Source: Scyliorhinus canicula (taxonomy: Eukaryota). From it: a stretch of DNA of 64,000 bases. The stretch lies in contig NC_052162.1 in NCBI RefSeq assembly GCF_902713615.1, positions 93,320,559 to 93,384,558 on the forward strand. The letters are read 5' to 3'. The notes under the pieces are model-generated. The model was not told the origin of the DNA. It saw nothing but the letters and a program-made list of their open reading frames with translations, and did not search any database. Both the position numbers and the translations under genes were made by a program. Shown piece by piece: positions 61,088 to 64,000 of the stretch (within the stretch, counting starts at the first letter, position 1; every line of letters begins with the position of its first letter).

Positions 61088-61980
61088 AAACATAGAACAT
61101 AGAAAAATACAGCATAGAACAGGCCCTTTGGCCCATGATGTTGTGCCAAACTTTTGTCCTAGATTAAGAACAAATTAATCTACACCCCATCATTCTACCG
61201 TAATCCATGTACCTATCCAATAGCTGCTTGAAGGTCCCTCATGTTTCCGACTCAACTACTTCCACAGGCAGTGCATTCAATGCCCCCACTACTCTCTGGG
61301 TAAAGAACCTACCTCTGACATCCCCCCTATATCTTCCACCATTCACCTTAAATTTATGTACTCTTGTAATGGTTTGTTCCACCCGGGGAAAAAGTCTCTG
61401 ACTGTCTACTCTATCTATTCCCCTGATCATCTTATAAATCTCTATCAAGTCGCCCCTCATCCTTCTCCGTTCTAATGAGAAAAGGCTGAGCACCCTCAAC
61501 CTTTCCTCGAAAGACCTACTCTCCATTCCAGGCAACATCCTGGTAAATCTCCTTTGCACTTTTTCCAAAGCATCCACATCCTTCCTAAAATGAGGCGGCC
61601 AGAACTGCACACAGCACGGTAGCATGGTGGTTAGCATAAATGCTTCACAACTCCAGGGTCCCAGGTTCGATTCCCGGCTGGGTCACTGTCTGTGTGGAGT
61701 CTGCACGTCCTCCCCGTGTGTGCGTGGGTTTCCTCTGGCTGCTCCGGTTTCCTCCCACAGTCCAAAGATGTGCAGGTTAGGTGGATTGGCCAGGCTAAAT
61801 TGCCCGTAGTGTCCTAAAAAATAATGAAGTTAATGGGGGTTGTTGGGTTACTGGTATCGGGTGGATACGTGGGCTTGAGTAGGGTGATCATTGCTCGGCA
61901 CAACATTGAGGGCCAAAGGGCCTGTTCTGTGCTGTACTGTTCTAATTCTAATTCTAAAATACTCCAAATGTGGCCTGACC
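61088..61980 (-). mobile_element. CR1 3' fragment inserted in L1, itself interrupted by a V-SINE
   Basis: CVQFWPPHFRKDVDALEKVQRRFTRMLPG; L1 rejoins as GGGTCAGGTT|GCTGTACCAGG. Confidence 0.9.
61613..61955 (+). mobile_element. V-SINE with alternative CR1 tail
   Basis: Near-identical to 36241-36588. Confidence 0.92.
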
Positions 61981-62114
61981 AAGGTTGCTGTACCAGGCTC
62001 CTGTGGCAAGTGTACGGACGAACAGGATGACTTTGGACTATTTTAGACTGCACCGGGGGGACAAGTTCTCCCCACTGCTGTTTGCGCTGGCTATAGAGCC
62101 GCTGGCAATTGCTC

Positions 62115-62490
62115 CAGGCAGAGGAAGCCAGCCATATCTGATGGCCAGAACGGCCTCGAGTCCGTCCATGCTAATAATATCCGCCTCCGGGCTACCATGT
62201 AAGCAAAGGCCAGAACGTCTGCCTCTTTCTCCTCCTGCATTCCCGGATCCTGCGACACCCCGAAAATCACCATCCTCTGGACTCAATGCCACCCTTGAAT
62301 TTAATACCTTGGACATGATGTCCGCAAACCCCTGCCAAAATCCCCTCAGCTTTGGACATGCCCAAAACATGTGGACACGGTTCGCTGGTCCTCTCACGCA
62401 TTTTGCGCATCTGTCCTCCACCCCAAAGAATCTGCTCATCTGGGCCATTGTCATGTGAGCCGGTGTGCGACCTTGAATTGAACCAGGCCT
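62115..62490 (-). mobile_element. Inverted fragment of the L1 ORF2 C-terminal Cys-rich region
   Basis: - strand CAKCVRGPANRVHMFWACPKLRGFWQ lies inside the + strand RT domain. Confidence 0.85.
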
Positions 62491-62929
62491 TAAGGGGCTG
62501 GAAAGGCTGGTCCGGGGGGGGTGGAGCACAGAGGCTCGCTGTATGCGGACGACCTGCTTTAGTATGTTTCGGATCCAATTGAAGGGATGGAAGAAATTAT
62601 GGGAATTTTAGCGGAATTCGGCCGGTTTTCGGGACATAAGCTTAATATGGGGAAGACCGAGATGTTTGTGGTCCAGGCGAGGGGTCAGGAGAGGCGACTG
62701 GGGGAGCTGCCGTTTTGAGTGGTAGGGGACAGTTTCGGGTACCTAGGTATCCAAGTGGCGCGGGATTGTGTCAGGCTACAGAAATTCAACTTGGCCCGGT
62801 TGGTGGATCAGATGAAGGAGGATTTCCGGAGATGGGATGTGGTCCCGTTGTCTCTAGTGGGCAGAGTTCAAATGGTGAAAATTGTGGTCCTCCCGAGATT
62901 CCTATTTGTTTTTCAATGTCTCCGCATCT

Positions 62930-63277
62930 TCATAGAATTTACAGTGCAGAAGGAGGCCATTCAGCCCATCGAGTCTGCACCGGCTCTTGGAAAGAGCACC
63001 CGACCCAAGGCCAACGCCTCCACCCTATCCCCATAACCCAGTAACCCCACCCAACACTAAGGGCAATTTTGGACACTAAGGGCAATTTATCATGGCCAAT
63101 CCACCTAACCTGCACATCTTTGGACTGTGGGAGGAAACTGGAGCACCCAGAGGAAACCCACGCACACACGGGGAGGATGTGCAGACTCCGCACAGACAGT
63201 GACCCAAGCCGGAATCGAACCTGGGACCCTGGAGCTGTGAAGCAATTGTGCTATCCACAATGCTACCGTGCTGCCCC
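62930..63277 (-). mobile_element. HE1-like V-SINE in L1
   Basis: Family consensus; L1 frame resumes afterwards (PQSFFKRVNK). Confidence 0.93.
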
Positions 63278-64000
63278 ATCTTATTGCCGCAGTCCTTTTT
63301 TAAGCGGGTCAATAAAGTTATAGTGGGCTTTGTATGGGGGGGGGGGGGCAAGTCCCCGCGAGAGAGGAAGGTAATGCTTGAATGGAGTCGGGGAGAGGGT
63401 GGGCTGGTGCTGCCGAACTTTAGCCATTATTACTGGGCGGCTAACATAGCCATGGTTAGGAAGTGGTTGTTGGGGGTGGGGGGGGGGTCGGCATGGGTGT
63501 GTATGGAGGCGGCTTCTTGCATGGGCACAAGTCTGGGGGTGCTGGTAACTGCGCCTCTGCCGTTCCCGCCGGAGCGGTATTCCACCAGCCCCGTGGTGGT
63601 GGCAGCCTTGAGAGTCTGGGGGCAATGGAGGAGACATGTGGGTGCAGTGGGAGCATCGGTCTGGTCCCCAATCTGCGATAATCACCGGTTTGCCCCGGGG
63701 AGGAAGGACTGGGGGGGGGGATTCTGAATTTGGCGGAGAGTTGGGATTGAGAGGATGGGGGACTTGTTTGTAGAGGGGAGCTTTCCGAGTATGAGGGCAC
63801 TGGAGGAGAAGTTGGCATTGGCGGGGGGAAACAAATTTTGATGTCTGCAGGTGCAGGACTTTCTGTGTAGACAGATATCAACCTTTCCACTCCTACCGCT
63901 AAGGGGGATTCAGGATAGGGTGGTTTCTAGAGGATGAATAGGAGAGGGGAGCATTTCTGACATTTATAAGGAGCTTTTGTGATCAGAGGAGATGCAGACC

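Larger units (their letters stand above)
57713..64000 (+). mobile_element. Near full-length decayed L1-clade LINE, continuing beyond the window
   Basis: 5' end GGACTTCCGGTGGCG; ORF1 C-terminus (FGLLYPACLWVT...FESPKDA); APE (WNVQGLKGPVKR, YSWIDFF, ISDHAP); linker (EHGEKASRMLA); RT (SPLLFALAIEPLA, LYADDLL); GGLVLPNF. Confidence 0.93.
59170..64000 (+). pseudogene. L1 ORF2 (APE-RT) pseudogene with multiple insertions
   Basis: Motifs as listed for the L1 element; stops, frameshifts, deletions and nested elements. Confidence 0.9.

Overview
Repeat-dominated vertebrate genomic DNA, almost certainly from a shark. HE1-type V-SINEs with CR1/HER1-type LINEs point to an elasmobranch; catshark-like is only an inference. 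It is probably mostly intron of a + strand host gene: one credible coiled-coil exon lies at 10336-10439 and a possible terminal exon at 54248. The window opens with a 3.3-kb satellite (28-bp unit with 5-bp indel variants). The rest is layered mobile DNA: CR1, L2-group, Rex1/Babar, L1 and Penelope retroelements, Gypsy-like LTRs, hAT and Tigger-like DNA transposons, and several SINE families. The most coherent system is PIF/Harbinger. It consists of a decayed autonomous element (transposase on - strand, 25675-28310, with a probable convergent partner gene), about ten GC/CpG-rich non-autonomous elements with GGG-starting TIRs, 3-bp TSDs and a recurring AC-NNN-GT target flank, and the satellite itself, whose monomer nearly matches a 24-bp internal segment of one of these MITEs. 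A second theme is modular SINEs that swap heads and 3' tails, with candidate partner LINEs present in the window. No intact transposon ORF, RNA gene or CRISPR array is supported. All family names come from motif recognition by eye, not database searches, and boundaries of old elements are approximate.
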